Notes: generated by a model not told the origin, from the sequence alone. Counted from the first letter of the stretch, positions 11,881 to 23,775 are shown. The stretch is DNA of 34,444 nt from Octopus bimaculoides (GCF_001194135.2 NC_068981.1:5664285-5698728), one strand, 5' to 3'. A program made the numbers and translations.

Positions 11881-13251
11881 CTGTATATTACTTTTCTTTA
11901 ACATCGATTAGATATATTGAAATCAATAAAACAGCTAAGAGACGAGGGTGGTGGAGGAGAAGTTCGCTGTTTTCTCTTATTTGGCAATTTTCAGATAAGT
12001 TTTGTCTCGTCAAGTACAAAACTCGATCAAGAATAAATAAATTGAAACAAGAATAAAAAGTTGGAAGATTTACGAGATGAAGTTTAAGTAAATTAAAACT
12101 AAAAATGAAAAGAACTTTTCGTTGATTTCATTGAGATGAAAATAATTATTGTCGTTAATTGGAACAAACTGACGAGATTTAGCATAAACTAGTAAGATCA
12201 CCAAACAAGGGAGTCGCGTTTACGTGGTCCTTCGACCTGTTAGAAACAGCAGCCAAATCTCTCTCATACTACATTATATCGTCTTAAAAAAATAAAAAAA
12301 AAGACGTAATTAGGGTCTAATTACCCATAAAAGACGGAATGGTCACAGCTGGAAAGTCTTTGAGCCTAAGTCTGCTCGATTAGGACTGACCTGGGGCTAA
12401 ACAACAACATTGGATAATGAAGATCTCGATAAGAGACCCTCTTTACAAGAAAAGCAAAACACAACAGGCCCTTGGGGGATATATTCTCAAGTTTTCGTGA
12501 GAGTTGTGTTGTGGCCTTCATTCCAAAAGGGAAAGATTCTATCTTCTCGATCCTTATTATACTGCAAATACCGCACGCAACCCCAAACTTAAATCGGAGT
12601 TTGTTAAGTTGGGAACAGCTGTTTGAAATATGCTGAGAATAAGTGGGGATAGTCACGATTAGAGTGGGGATAGTCACGATTAATCTCAGGTCTTCCTGAT
12701 CAGGGACAATTCACAATTGAGACCATCCATCCATCCAGCTAGCTATACATACATACACACACACAAACATACATACATACATACACACACACATACATAC
12801 ATACATATGTACGTCTACATATAAATATATGTGTACACACACACACATACACACACTGCCAAAAGTATATTTTTCATTCATAATTTTGTTCATGCTGTCT
12901 CTCGAATATTTGTTTTTCAAAAACAAAAAATATTGCCAACAATTTTGTTTATGATTCGTCCGCGGGGCGCGTGCATGTGTATATAAATGCGTGCATCTGT
13001 GTGATTACACACACACACACTCACGTCTATTGGCTTTTATGAGACAATATTGTATTTATTAACAATAATAATAATTTACTTTGTTAACTAACACACCAGT
13101 GCTTGTCTTTTCCTGACGAATGAATATTTTGATCCATTTATGTCAAACTTGACAAATCTGAAGTTGTTAAACGCCCTCACATCCTGACCATCAATCTTCA
13201 CTTCCTTCCTACAGACTTGCAAGTCTTACCTAAGACACAAATAGTTTTTCT

Positions 13252-13509
13252 GGTAATCTTCAAGTTTAGGGGGATAAAAAAAAATAAATAAAAATATTCA
13301 AGGGAAGTAACTGAACGTCTTACCAGTATTCTCCGTACATTTCTGTTTATAAATAAATCACACACGTGATTTGATTGACGTTAGGGTTAGGATTAGGGTT
13401 AGGGTGTGATTTATTTATAAACAGCAAGAAGAAAACGGATAATACTGGTAAGTCGTTCAGTTATTTCCCTTGAATATTTTTTTTTATCCCCCTAAACTTG
13501 AAGATTACC
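13252..13509. mobile_element. Palindromic MITE (Merlin-like ends) with central TTAGGG repeats
   Basis: Inverted arms of about 105-112 bp (13252-13363 and 13404-13509), ends GGTAATCTTC...GAAGATTACC, exact 8-bp TSD GTTTTTCT (13244-13251, 13510-13517). Confidence 0.88.
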
Positions 13510-13994
13510 GTTTTTCTCTCTTTTCATCTCAGGTTCCCATACCTAGGGCGGTCTCCCTCTATTTAAACTTCTTTCCAAACGGCAAAGAGCAAACAAAAAC
13601 GTTCCCACCTTTTACAGATTGACAAACTATTCAGTAATAAACCAAACTAGAAACTCAAATAACACAAATAAATAAACGGTAAAATATTAGCTGCATAAAG
13701 ATCCCATTATCATCTGTTTAATTTCTATGGTATCACAACAATAGCCAAATAAAATACGGGAGGTTTTTGTGCCGCACTCTCTACAGTAATCACTATTTGT
13801 TTTTCCTGGTCGAGTTGCATCGTGTGATTCACGTTCTTCTTCCAAAATTATCCACATCTCTGCTACTTCGTGTTGCACCGAATTTTAAGGGCTCCTACAC
13901 GTGGTTCCTGTTTTCAGTTGGGTAAGGGAAATATTGTGGTGAGGTTTTGATTTGTCAGGGTTAACGTTTAATCCAGGCCACATACATACATATA

Positions 13995-14181
13995 TACACG
14001 CCTCCCAACCACATAGTTCCAGGTTCAGTCCCACTGCGTGAAACCTTGAGAGAGTGTCTTCTACTATTGCCTCAGACTGACCAAATCCTTAAGAGTGGAT
14101 TTGGTCGATGGAAACTGAAAGAAGCCCATCGTGTGTGTGTGTATATNNNNNNNNNNNNNNNNNNNNNNNNNNNNNNNNNNN

Positions 14182-14224
<43 letters not shown>

Positions 14225-14455
14225 TAGATAGATATATATATGGGTGTGGGTGTACTTGTCCACCACCATCACTTGACAACCAGTGTTGGTATGTTTATGC
14301 CACCATAACGTCTACCAAACAGACCCCAACGATTCAACAAAACAGACCCGGTTTAACAAAAAATAAGTCCAGGGATCAAATTCATTTGACTAAAAAAAGT
14401 TATTCGAGGCAATGCTCCAACATGGCCACTGTCTAATGACTGGAACAAGTAAAAG
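13995..14455 (+). mobile_element. Family-A SINE copy (gap inside its microsatellite)
   Basis: CCAACCACATAGTTCCAGGTTCAGTCCCACTGCGTG...GGAAACTGAAAGAAGCCC...CTTGACAACC...ATGGCCACTGTC. Confidence 0.75.
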
Positions 14456-15413
14456 GTAAAAATTGAATGGCTCTGAAGGTCCAGTAAAGTAAAACGGGAA
14501 ACAAAGGGGTCAAAAAGGAAAATGGTTGAGAACCATTGGTAGCTCACCTTGTTAAATACCACAACCCAACATCCCATTGTACTGGGGTTAGGCAATAGCA
14601 CTTATTTAGATCCATTAATGAAATATGAGATTTACAATTAAAAACTTAACGGTGAAAAAAAAAAAATGTCTTACCTGACCTGATAACAAACTTTTCAAAC
14701 TGATATTTTCCTGATATTTTCACAAAGAAAACCACACATCAAGTAACGTAGTTTTGCAAATGTCTAAAATGATAGGGAAGTCATGGCTGGGACGGTTATG
14801 GTCTGAAGTTCTCTCGTGAATGAAACAACTACGGAACAGTTTGTTTCACAGTAGACAAACTAAGAATGAAAATACGAAGCAAACATAATGACACATTTTT
14901 GTGCCGTTATTACTGTTAATAACAAGCTGGTTAGTAAAACTGGGACACTTTGGAAGTAAATGTCACAGTCGAGCGAGTGTTGATATAATAATAATAATAA
15001 TGTATGAATAGGCAAAGGAAAACGTATTTAATTGGTTTAAGATTAATCTTGCAGAGAGAGAAAAAAAACTTAGCAGACTCAATTAGAAACAAATGCTTAA
15101 CGACTTTATGAGAGTTAAATGCAATCAAGGCAAAATTGTTGACCCCTCTGGAATTTAAATTAGATTCATGTATGTTATGAGGGAATGAAAATATTAGCTT
15201 TAGGGCTGGGAGATAACTGCAGACATGTTTTGGTCTTATTCAACCTCTTCAGTCAAGTATTTCTTTTACCATGCTTGTTAGGTTTGGTGGTGGTGGTGGT
15301 GAGAGATTCTTTGTTGGTTTAAAAGATGAGTAATCTGAATTCCTACTTACGGAATTTACATGTAAGTGGTCGAGTATTCCAGAACACACACATATATCCT
15401 TAATACAATTCTC

Positions 15414-16199
15414 GGATCTATTTTAAAACGGGGGCACCAGTTTTCATTTATGTTTTATGTAGTGTTTTTGGTACCGAAAGACTTTCAAACTTCGTATACT
15501 TATCTATTTTGGGATCTAGTTCAAAACGGGGGCACCAGTTTTCATTTATGTTTTATGTAGTGTTTTTGGTACCGAAAGACTTTCAAACTTCGTATACTTA
15601 TCTATTTTGTGTTATAGAACAGAAAAAAAATTTTGTATTCGAATTTATTTNNNNNNNNNNNNNNNNNNNNNNNNNNNNNNNNNNNNNNNNNNNNNNNNNN
15701 NNNNNNNNNNNNNNNNNNNNNNNNNNNNNNNNNNNNNNNNNNNNNNNNNNNNNNNNNNNNNNNNNNNNNNNNNNNNNNNNNNNNNNNNNNNNNNNNNNNN
15801 NNNNNNNNNNNNNNNNNNNNNNNNNNNNNNNNNNNNNNNNNNNNNNNNNNNNNNNNNNNNNNNTCCCTCAAAAACCAGGCCTTGTGCCTATAATAGAAAG
15901 GTTTATTAGCTACTGCCAATATGCTTCAGCCATTTTTTGACAAGGAAATAATAATTTTATCACAGCCAGAATCGTTTGTTTACGAAGTCAGCACTTAATG
16001 TATTTGGCTGAATGGACATCAGTCATTGGTTGAAATTACAGAAATACGACAACTTTAACATGAAATAACTTGCGATGTACGTTTTTTTGTTAAGAAGACT
16101 AAGAGAAAAAGATGTTTTATATGACACATTCTACCAGTGTCCCAAGTTTCAAAGTGTTTCGTTAAGAAAATACTGGTGCCCCCGTTTTGAACAAGATCC
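15414..16199. mobile_element. Non-autonomous TIR element (Merlin-like ends) with tandemly duplicated left end
   Basis: TIRs GGATCT...AAAACGGGGGCACCAGT and ACTGGTGCCCCCGTTTTGAACAAGATCC. Exact 8-bp TSD CAATTCTC (15406-15413, 16200-16207). The 98-bp left end is repeated at 15512. Confidence 0.82.
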
Positions 16200-16636
16200 C
16201 AATTCTCAGGCTGAATCAATGTAATACAATATCCTGCTGTACAATATCCAAGTGTTGGATGTGTTCTTCTACAACCCTGGGCTGAGCAATGACTTGAGAG
16301 GGGATTTGGTAGATATCTCACAGATTTTGGGCCCCTCTCCGTTGAATAATTCTACAACAATTAGTTTCAAAGGGGACGTAACTCTAATTGTCTTTCATTT
16401 CTTTTTCCATTTTTATTCACGCTTCCACTTTTTGTATCAATCTTCTTGTTTTTCTTTCATTATTTTCTCATGTACCATTCATTGTCTTGATTTTCAAATA
16501 GAACAGATCATGTGCTCAGAGCCCGCAGATTGCTTGGAGGCAAGGCACACTCTATAACCTGCCTAGTCATGTGTCTTCACAGCAAGAAACTAGTAGCAGT
16601 TTATACTCTTTACAATGTACATTAAATGATATATAT

Positions 16637-17143
16637 AGTGCGGTTGTGAGTTCGATTCCCGGACCGGGCTATGTGTTGTGTTCTTAAGCAAGACACTTTA
16701 TTTCACATTGCTCCAGTTCACTCAGCTGTAGAAATGAGTTGTGACGTCACAGGTGCCAAGCTGTATGGGACTCTGCTTTTCCCTTGGATAACATCAGTGG
16801 CGTGCAGATGGGAGACCGGTATGCATGGCTGACTGTTGGACTTCCATAAACAACCTTACCTGGACTTGTGCCTCAGATGGTAACTTTCTGAAGGGGGTCA
16901 CCCTGTGTGTGTGTGTGTGTGATAGCCATGAACGAGCATTACTGTGATACAAGCGGTGTTGTTTGTTTCCAATCTTCCATGAGATGCTTATCTGATCATG
17001 GGGAGGGGGGGAATACTGTCTTACCTGGAAACAGGTGAGGGTTGGTGACAGGAAGGACACCCAGTCATATGAAATCTGCTTTAACAGATTCCTCCCTGAC
17101 CCATGCAAACATTGAAAAGTGGATGTTAAAATAGTGATGTTGA
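16637..17143 (+). mobile_element. CORE-type tRNA-derived SINE with RTE-like 3' tail
   Basis: B-box GAGTTCGATTC (16648-16658). MIR-CORE-like TGTGTTCTTAAGCAAGACACTT...CAGCTGTAGAAATGAG. Tail ACCCATGCAAACATTGAAAAGTGGATGTTAAAATAGTGATG. Confidence 0.75.
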
Positions 17144-17394
17144 TTGCAGTGTGTACCTGGGCCGTAGGAGTGAAATAGCTGAGGAGATGCAGCATCGAGT
17201 TACCCACTTCATACTTTGATTTCAAAACCTCCACAAATTTTGTGTTATCTGTTTGAGGCAGGTTACTTAATTCCATTGTAATTCTTCCTGGCTTCTGTGG
17301 ATGCAGTTTGGCAGAATGATTGAGAAGTTTGCTTTGAAATCACAAGGTTTTGGATTCTTTTCTACTTTGGGCACAAGGCCTGAAATTTTGGTGG

Positions 17395-17565
17395 AGGGGG
17401 GGCTAGTCAATTCCATTGATCCCCAGCACGCAACTGGTACTTAATTTATTGACCCTGAAAAGATGAAAGGCAAAGTCAACTTCAGTGGAATTTGAACTCA
17501 GATGGGTGAAATACCGTTAAGCATTTCGTCCAGTGTGCTAACGTTTCTGCCAGCTTTCCGTCTCA
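17395..17565 (-). mobile_element. Family-D SINE copy
   Basis: Reverse complement of the 34039-34200 region (GATGAAAGGCAAAGTC, AATTTGAACTC, GCTAACGTTTCTGCCAGC). Confidence 0.7.
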
Positions 17566-17706
17566 CAAGGTTTTGGATTCAGTTCCATTGTGTTGCTTCT
17601 TGGACAGGGCCCTCTTAAAGGTATGGGCACATTGGACAGTTGCTCTGGGGCTACAATTCTGATCAATGTATTCTGTGGCTTGCTGTCAATAAATTAATAC
17701 TAGATG

Positions 17707-18119
17707 CAGTGCTGAATTAAGCAAAAGAAGCACGCGCCTAGGGCATCAAGGGATGGGGTCACCACAGAAATGGTAAATGGCTTACAGCACAAAAGAAATC
17801 ACTTTAAACTTGCTAATGTAATATTTGAAGTGATGTCTATGATGAAGAATATAATTTCAAAGTGTTTATGGTGCTATAGCGAGGATCTGGTCAAAGAATT
17901 TGCAATTGAAAAAAGAAGGAGAAAGCTTTTCAAATATTAAAGGGGAATTATACAAAAATAAACATTATTTTCCATCTTTCTGTTGGTTTTGTTTCATTTT
18001 GAAAAATAAAGATTTATTTTATGGTTTATTATTATTTGTATTTTGAATTATATATATAGAGGGGTTGCCAAAATCTTTTTTAAGTGTTTAGGGCCTGTAT
18101 GGGTCCTAATTCAGCTCTG
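17707..18119. mobile_element. Possible hAT-type MITE
   Basis: Imperfect TIRs CAGTGCTGAATTAAG and CCTAATTCAGCTCTG. The 8-bp flanks match at only 5/8 positions (ACTAGATG / TCTATAGG). Confidence 0.4.
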
Positions 18120-21100
18120 TCTATAGGGTCCCAGTGAATTGGTTTCTGGAAGGAAGTGGGCTATGATACTATTAAGATGGCCCTGATCGTGGGTAAACAT
18201 CTTTTACCATTTTCTTGGATCAACTCAAGTATTTATAGTCAAATGGAGTAGATAGAAACTATGTGGAAGCCTTGGGATGGAATTGGAAAGGTACCTTCTC
18301 ACACCCACACTGTGTCTTTCTGATTCTGTTTGAAGCTTATGTTAATGGCACATGTGTCCATGGAACACTCAACCACTTATATGCTAATTCTATGGGCAGG
18401 TAACTCAGTTGATCAAACTATCAAATGCTCATCAAAGAAACCATCAGAGGTCATTCTACTTTTACTTCTACTTCTTGTTTCTGAGAAGCCTGGTGAAAGC
18501 AAAGCTGTTACCTTTAACTTTTGTATTTCTGAGGTTGAAAAATATGGTATTAATTTAAGGGCAAGGTAATAAAAGGGGGTCAGGTAATACACCTTAAAGT
18601 ATTTGTTCTTACTCCTTACATTTAGAGTTCAAATCCCACTGTGGATCTACATGGGTGACAATCTTAATCCCTCACTCCATTTAACACCATCACCTGGTTC
18701 TTGGGCCTGTAACAAGTATTGAGGCCAGGCCCCCCAATCTAAAGATATACTTTCTCCCTGTACCTCTCTAGTGCCAACATCAGAGGCCCCATCAAGGGTT
18801 TTGAGCATGACGACCTTCCCTCTTGAATAATAGATAAAAAAACAACAAAACAAACTTCGTCTAACCTGTTTGTCCTAGATACAATATGTTTGAATTATGA
18901 ACATGATAGTCATGGCTAGAAAGCCCTTAATTATCAAGCTGTTCAATCAAGGTTAACTCTGAGCTAATCAACAGCTGAGGCCTGTTTCTGATAATGTGAA
19001 CTGGAAATTTCTAGTCTTCTTTCAATTCTTTGAAGTATAACAGTTCAAGGATAATTTCACATCTCTTTGCACAGTTCTTTGCAGTTTTGTTGAACTCTGC
19101 AAAGTCTTTTGTGCTGTAGGTGTTTGGTAGTAGAAGGCAATGTTCTATTAGCATGGCCTACTCCCCCACATTCATAGGTGGTTGGGCCAGTCATGTAGCC
19201 CCCGTCTGACCAAAACAACTTTTGATCATCCTGTCCTTGTCCTCAGGTGGTCAAGTGTCTTGCACAGAATCCATGGTGCTTCTAAACCAGGAGGGAGGCC
19301 TTCAGCAGGGGGTGGGGGATTGTCATGTCGATTGTACAAGAAAAATCTACACAGTAAGAGTGACAGACAAGACTCCACATGACAGCAGTGATCATGCAGC
19401 GATGGAATACACATGAATCCTCACCATGATAACTGGAAATAATTCACACAACCAACAGCTTTATTTAGCAATTCACACAGCAACACTGATCAACAAAAAT
19501 CTACAAAACGTAAGAAAAAGACAAGAAATTCACTCAGCAACATCCATAATTAATAATTCACGTAAAAGTGCTTTACAAGAGTCTTCACAATGACAGATAA
19601 AAATCCACACAGCAGCCACAATAAACAAGAATTGGCATAAAGACAGCAACAGGCAAAAATCCACATCGAATATTTACAATTTCCTAAAAATAACAAAAAA
19701 TTATTTTCCAGAATATATCATGATTTTTAAAATTGTTAAGATTTACCTGATTGTCTACAAGAGGCAACTAGAAGCTGTACTCCGCTATTAGTGGTCATAC
19801 TATACATTTCCTGAACGTACTGAATTCTGAAACCCAGGGGTGGACCGTTATATTTATTGCTGTAATCATTGCAGATTATTATTATTATTATTATTATTTT
19901 ATGTTTGACTTTTGCTTTGCATTCGTACAAGTTGGCTCCAAGTCTCACCCAGAGACCTCAAGACGACAAGTCAGAAGTTCATGTTGTTGTTGTTGTTGCT
20001 ATAATCATTCATTGCAGATTATTCCTGTACAAACAGAAATCTCATGTTACAATAATGTTAAAAATAACAAACTGACAACTTATGTCATAATAGCATTGAA
20101 ATTCATATCCAAGAACAGATGTTTACCAATACCCACCCATCCACCCTCTCCACCCTATTTTGTTTCCACTTTCTATTGTCCTCCCCCTCCTTAATCCCTT
20201 CCTCGTCCCCCACCCCCGTCACCTCAGCAGTCTGCTGTACTGTTATAGTGTCTGCTACACTAAACCTACAGAATGCATGCATGTGCACACCCCTCCTCCT
20301 CCTGTTCCTCCCCTTCCTCCTCCTCCTCAAGTTCACCAACTCTTAATGTCACAGTGACACCAGTCAAATACTAAACTGAATACTTTGCTCATTGTTTCTC
20401 TCTTAGGACTACTCACCTCTTCAGTCACNNNNNNNNNNNNNNNNNNNNNNNNNNNNNNNNNNNNNNNNNNNNNNNNNNNNNNNNNNNNNNNNNNNNNNNN
20501 NNNNNNNNNNNNNNNNNNNNNNNNNNNNNNNNNNNNNNNNNNNNNNNNNNNNNNNNNNNNNNNNNNNNNNNNNNNNNNNNNNNNNNNNNNNNNNNNNNNN
20601 NNNNNNNNNNNNNNNNNNNNNNNNNNNNNNNNNNNNNNNNNNNNNNNNNNNNNNNNNNNNNNNNNNNNNNNNNNNNNNNNNNNNNNNNNNNNNNNNNNNN
20701 NNNNNNNNNNNNNNNNNNNNNNNNNNNNNNNNNNNNNNNNNNNNNNNNNNNNNNNNNNNNNNNNNNNNNNNNNNNNNNNNNNNNNNNNNNNNNNNNNNNN
20801 NNNNNNNNNNNNNNNNNNNNNNNNNNNNNNNNNNNNNNNNNNNNNNNNNNNNNNNNNNNNNNNNNNNNNNNNNNNNNNNNNNNNNNNNNNNNNNNNNNNN
20901 NNNNNNNNNNNNNNNNNNNNNNNNNNNNNNNNNNNNNNNNNNNNNNNNNNNNNNNNNNNNNNNNNNNNNNNNNNNNNNNNNNNNNNNNNNNNNNNNNNNN
21001 NNNNNNNNNNNNNNNNNNNNNNNNNNNNNNNNNNNNNNNNNNNNNNNNNNNNNNNNNNNNNNNNNNNNNNNNNNNNNNNNNNNNNNNNNNNNNNNNNNNN

Positions 21101-21242
21101 NNNNNNNNNNNNNNNNNNNNNNNNNNNNNNNNNNNNNNNNNNNNNNNNNNNNNNNNNNNNNNNNNNNNNNNNNNNNNNNNNNNNNNNNNNNNNNNNNNNN
21201 NNNNNNNNNNNNNNNNNNNNNNNNNNNNNNNNNNNNNNNNNN

Positions 21243-21303
<61 letters not shown>

Positions 21304-21879
21304 TACACTGTAGCAGTGGATGTGAACCTTCTCCAGCACTATATAATCCAGGAGGGCCTCTCCTGTTACTGCGAAATAGATTACTAGAACTTTGGTTATC
21401 ATGACAAGACTTGGGACGAATACTGGAGTTGTTTCCCCGTTGCCTTCTCCAGGCTTGTGGGATTTGAACTCAGAATGTAGAGAGCCAGAAGATATGCCTT
21501 AAAGCACCTCTGGCCAATGTTCAGCAATTCTACCACTCTCCCACCTGCAGAGAATGTGAAAGGAAGTGTTTTGCTCAAGAACACAATGTGCCGCCCAGTC
21601 GAGGAATCGAACTACAATCCAGTGACATAAGTGCAACACCTTACCCAATAGGCCATGTGCCTTCACACACACACACGCACACACACACACAACTACCATT
21701 ATCTGTGACTATTCCTCTTTTTATTCATCCTCTACTCCGCTCTCTTCGTATCCCAGTTCTTCTTATTACCCATAATTCTCATTTTTCTTCCTCTTTCTAC
21801 TCCTCCTCCCCACTATTGCCTTATAATCAGTCCCCTCTCTTTTACATACAACCCCACCCTTCACTAATAGGCCAAATAA

Positions 21880-22250
21880 GTTCATCTGTTGTTGTTAATG
21901 ACAACCAAAGTCATCACATGGGAGGAGAAGACAGGGCATGATGTGTCCAGCTGTGGTCAATCAATCCAATGCATGCTAGGAAGGGTCCGATGCAGGTCAG
22001 GCATTTGTGGGACAGAAGGCAAGGATTTGGACAGGGACTTGTATCATTTGTGTCTTCTTTGTGCTCCCTGCAACCCTGTTCTGTTCATAGGAGGTGGCCC
22101 CTCTTTTGTCACAGCTTAGCCAAGCAGGGTGGTCTTGCACTTGCATGTCCCAAGTATTGGGGTTGATCTCAAAGCTCTTCAATCAGCCATTTAAAGACAG
22201 TCTTTATTACCTGAGCTGTTGACCTCCTGAACCAATTACACTATGACAAC
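21880..22250 (-). mobile_element. Degenerate RTE-BovB-type LINE 3' fragment
   Basis: Minus translation LKSFEINPNTWDMQVQDHPAWLSCDKRGATSYEQNRV, then frameshifted CLTCIGPFLACIGLIDHSWTH. This resembles the BovB/RTE C-terminus (CxxC...IGLxSHxRTH). Confidence 0.7.
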
Positions 22251-22257
22251 TTATATA

Positions 22258-22318
<61 letters not shown>

Positions 22319-22374
22319 TGACCTGTAACACTACCCACGTGATTCCTTCTTCCACCTCACCCACACCTGTCTTC

Positions 22375-22625
22375 TTGGTGCATAATTATTGTGGCTTTTT
22401 TTAAAATAAATTTTATTCAACAAAAACAATAACAACATGTAACAAAAAACATCTTTAAATGATTATTCCGGAGCATATTCACCATCTTCTTCGGTTACTG
22501 CTTCCCATTTGCTTGGCAGACGGTCAGACCATCATTTAAAGATGTTTTTTTTAAAAATATTGTCATTGTTTTTGTTGAATAAAATTTGTTGAAAAAAAAA
22601 CTGCAATCATTATGCACTAACCTAA
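22375..22625. mobile_element. Mariner-type palindromic MITE
   Basis: Inverted arms of about 85 bp. The right end reads (TA)TTAGGTTAGTGCATAAT on the minus strand, similar to mariner TIRs such as TTAGGTTGGTGC. The left outer end is eroded. Confidence 0.7.
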
Positions 22626-22704
22626 TACTTACCATAATATCTCTTGTTTGTTCCAGTTTGCGTTTGTGCCGTTTACAACCTAGATATAAATACCACCACC
22701 ACCT

Positions 22705-22805
22705 CCACCAGAATAAATCCTGGGGTCGATTTGCTTGACTAAAGGCGGTGCTCCAGCATGGCCACAGTCAAATGACTGAAACAAGTAAAAGAATAAAAGA
22801 AGAAT
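22705..22805 (+). mobile_element. Family-A SINE 3' tail
   Basis: GTCGATTTGCTTGACTAAAGGCGGTGCTCCAGCATGGCCACAGTCAAATGACTGAAACAAGTAAAAGAATAAAAG. Confidence 0.75.
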
Positions 22806-22812
22806 ATATAAG

Positions 22813-23115
22813 TGAAGGAGTGCAGCTTAGTGGTTAGCGTACTCAACTCCTGATCATGAGGCTGTGAGTTCCAATTCCTGCTGGGTCACTATGTCCTTGA
22901 GCAAGACACTTGATTTCACGTTGCTCCACTCCACTCAGCCAGTGAAAATTAATAGTGTCTGTCTTTCAAAGGGGCCAGCTTTGTCACACTTTATCTCTCA
23001 CTGAATCTCCTTGGGAAACTACATTAAGGATATGCCTGTCTGTGGAGTACTCAGCCGCTTACATGTTAATTTCACGTGCAAGCTGTTCCATTAAGTGGGC
23101 CAACTGGAACACTCT
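22813..23115 (+). mobile_element. CORE-type SINE (family C)
   Basis: A-box-like GCTTAGTGGTTAG, B-box-like GAGTTCCAATTC, CORE-like TGTCCTTGAGCAAGACACTT. Homologous minus copies at about 5480-5765 and 21545-21665. Confidence 0.7.
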
Positions 23116-23119
23116 TCGC

Positions 23120-23575
23120 GAAGACCTGTTGGGGCAAGTGAGATCGAGACTGAACCAAATTCGATGACTGGCACCCATGCCAGTGAAGCGCTAACAGCAC
23201 CATCCGAGCGGGATCACTGCCAGAGCAACGGTCTCGCTTCTGTGCCAGTGGCACGTAAAAAGCACTATTTGAGCGCAATCGTTTCCAGCTTCGCCTTACT
23301 GGCACTCGTGCCGGTGGCATGTGAACAAAACATTGGACTGACTCCTGTGCAGGTGGCATGTAAAAAACACCATTTGAGCGTGGCCATTGCCAGTACCGCC
23401 AGACTAGCCCTCATGCCAGTGGCACGTAAAAAGCACCCACTACACTCTCGGAGTGGTTGGCATTAGGAAGGGCATCCAGCTGTAGAAACTCTGCCAGATC
23501 AGATTGGAGTCTGGTGCAGCCATCTGGTTCACCAGTCCTCAGTCAAATCGTCCAACCCATGCTAGCATGGAGAAC
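23120..23575 (+). mobile_element. 3' UTR copy of the RTE LINE
   Basis: Colinear with about 7940-8420: ATTCGATGACTGGC, hairpin units, AGGAAGGGCATCCAGCTGTAGAAACTCTGCC. Confidence 0.85.
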
Positions 23576-23576
23576 G

Positions 23577-23775
23577 TTTTATTTGTTTCGGTCAGGTGAC
23601 TGTGGCCATGCTAGAGCACCACTTTTAGTCAAAGAAATCGACCCCAGGGTTTATTCTTTGTAAGCCTAGTAGTTATTCTATCGGTCTTTTTTGTCAAATG
23701 GCTAAGTTACGGGGACATAAACATAGTAACATCGGTTGCCAAGCGATGGTGCAGAGACAGATAGACAGACATACA
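23577..23775 (-). mobile_element. Family-A SINE 3' half
   Basis: Homologous to 8685-8870. Confidence 0.75.

Noticed and set aside
13095-13232. 46-codon minus frame containing EVKIDGQDVRAFN, reminiscent of ABC-ATPase IDGQD
   Set aside because: No Walker A/B or signature motif and no good splice sites. The match is consistent with chance.
13381-13404. True telomere or chromosome-fusion site
   Set aside because: Only four units on one strand, no head-to-head TTAGGG/CCCTAA junction, and enclosed in a MITE with a TSD.
13687-13878. Minus ORF with YCRECG (zinc-ribbon-like)
   Set aside because: Non-ATG start with an upstream in-frame stop, a single CxxC, and no supporting exon structure.
22813-22885. 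tRNA genes at SINE heads (also about 8970-9040 and 34039-34115)
   Set aside because: A- and B-box remnants are present, but they run directly into SINE bodies and no complete cloverleaf could be formed by eye.
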